A DNA stretch of 32,000 nt. Source: Candidatus Saccharimonadota bacterium (GTDB lineage: Bacteria > Pseudomonadota > Gammaproteobacteria > Enterobacterales > Enterobacteriaceae). The notes beneath the pieces are model-generated. The model searched no databases. It was given only the letters and a program-made list of their open reading frames with translations, and had not been told where the DNA came from. Shown one piece after another: positions 30,981-32,000 of the stretch (its first letter is position 1; each line of letters starts with the position of its first letter). The DNA lies in assembly GCA_041941795.1 (NCBI GenBank), contig CP145872.1:300001-332000 (forward strand). Direction: 5' to 3'. The translations under genes were made by a program, and so were the position numbers.

Positions 30981-31126
30981 TAAAATTAGAATAAGAAAAT
31001 TTTATCAAAACTTATTATTTTTTATAAGTGAAATTCACTCTTACTAAGAGTAATTAGTAAGCTCTATATTACAATATACTAAAGATATTGGTTATATTAT
31101 CCTACATACTGAGGAAGCCTCACCCT

Positions 31127-32000
31127 ATGGTTGTTTATTCCCATACAGAAAAGAAACGCATCCGGAAGGATTTTGGTAAACGTACCCAAGTATTGGATTT
31201 TCCATATCTACTTTCCATCCAACTTGATTCATTTCAAAAATTTATTGCAAAAGAGGAAGGACAGTCGGGTTTAGAAGCAGCGTTACGTTCCGTATTTCCT
31301 ATAAAAAGTCCAAATAATGATTCGGAAATTCAATATATTGATTTTCGTCTAGGTAGTACACTTTTCAATGTTAAAGAATGTCAGACTCGTAGTTTAACAT
31401 ACTCCGTTCCTTTACGAGTTCAACTGCGTCTTATTGTATATGATAATGAAGGATCAGAGCGATCCATAAAATTTATAAAAGAACAGGAAGTGTATATGGG
31501 GGATATACCCCTAATGACCGAACATGGGACCTTTATAATTAATGGTACGGAGAGAGTAGTAGTATCTCAACTGCATCGTAGTCCTGGAGTCTTCTTTGAT
31601 AGTGATAAGGGAAAGTCTCATTCTTCCGGAAAAGTATTATATAATGCACGCATTATACCTTACCGGGGATCATGGTTAGATTTTGAATTTGATCCTAAAG
31701 ATCATTTATTTGTCCGGATTGATAGACGTCGTAAATTACCTGCAACAATTATTTTACGTGCTCTTAATTATACTACTCAAGAGATTCTCGGACTGTTTTT
31801 TGAAAAAATGATTTTTGAAATAAAGAATAATAAAAAATTTAAATTAGAATTGATAGCAAATCGGTTACGTGGAGAAATGCTGTCATTTAATATTGAAGCA
31901 CATGGAAAAGTTTATATTGAAAAAGGACGTCGGATTACTCCTCGACATATCAGACTTCTAGAACAAGCACAGATCAAAGATATTGAAGTTCCAATTGAAT
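31127..32000 (+). CDS. rpoB: DNA-directed RNA polymerase beta subunit, 5' part (runs off the window edge)
   Basis: Not in the ORF track. From the ATG at 31127 it reads [40 protein letters not shown]...[102 protein letters not shown]... It is near-identical to the E. coli RpoB N-terminus and open to position 32000. GAGGAA lies 10 nt upstream. Confidence 0.97.
   Translation, partial: MVVYSHTEKKRIRKDFGKRTQVLDFPYLLSIQLDSFQKFIAKEEGQSGLEAALRSVFPIKSPNNDSEIQYIDFRLGSTLFNVKECQTRSLTYSVPLRVQLRLIVYDNEGSERSIKFIKEQEVYMGDIPLMTEHGTFIINGTERVVVSQLHRSPGVFFDSDKGKSHSSGKVLYNARIIPYRGSWLDFEFDPKDHLFVRIDRRRKLPATIILRALNYTTQEILGLFFEKMIFEIKNNKKFKLELIANRLRGEMLSFNIEAHGKVYIEKGRRITPRHIRLLEQAQIKDIEVPIE

Overview
This window is strongly AT-rich, gene-dense and entirely housekeeping. 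It looks like a reduced genome derived from the Enterobacterales, of the insect-endosymbiont type; I cannot name the species from sequence alone. Almost every long ORF is collinear with an E. coli protein that I recognise from memory.

Gene order (| marks a break in E. coli synteny): ygdQ'(partial)-mutH | sppA-gapA | valS-(holC relic)-pepA-leuX | ileX-rpoD-dnaG(split)-rpsU / tsaD / cca / ribB | atpCDGAHFEB-mnmG | murB-(possible coaA relic)-thrU-tyrU-glyT-thrT-secE-nusG-rplK-rplA-rplJ-rplL-rpoB'(partial).

The two partial edge genes (ygdQ-like, rpoB) and all six tRNAs are absent from the supplied ORF track and were read directly from the sequence.

I found no mobile elements, CRISPR arrays, prophage, defence or toxin-antitoxin genes, and no secondary-metabolism genes. 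I do not see a novel multi-gene system here and will not claim one.

Observations worth a second look, in rough order:
1. The essential primase gene dnaG is broken exactly at an A9 run. The -1 frame restores a full-length, collinear DnaG, and the two ORFs overlap in ATGA. Explanations include transcriptional slippage, -1 frameshifting, a genuinely split primase, or a homopolymer sequencing error.
2. Four of the six tRNA genes have lost the encoded 3' CCA, while cca is retained in the same window, apparently with an eroded HD domain.
3. Short relics or clean deletions sit where E. coli has holC, birA/coaA, tufB, atpI/rsmG, and uppP/folB/plsY.
4. The divergent mnmG-murB spacer is a candidate replication-origin or rearrangement junction.
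5. The ribB leader has no recognisable FMN riboswitch.

All homology statements rest on my recollection of E. coli sequences and need confirmation by BLAST or HMM search.
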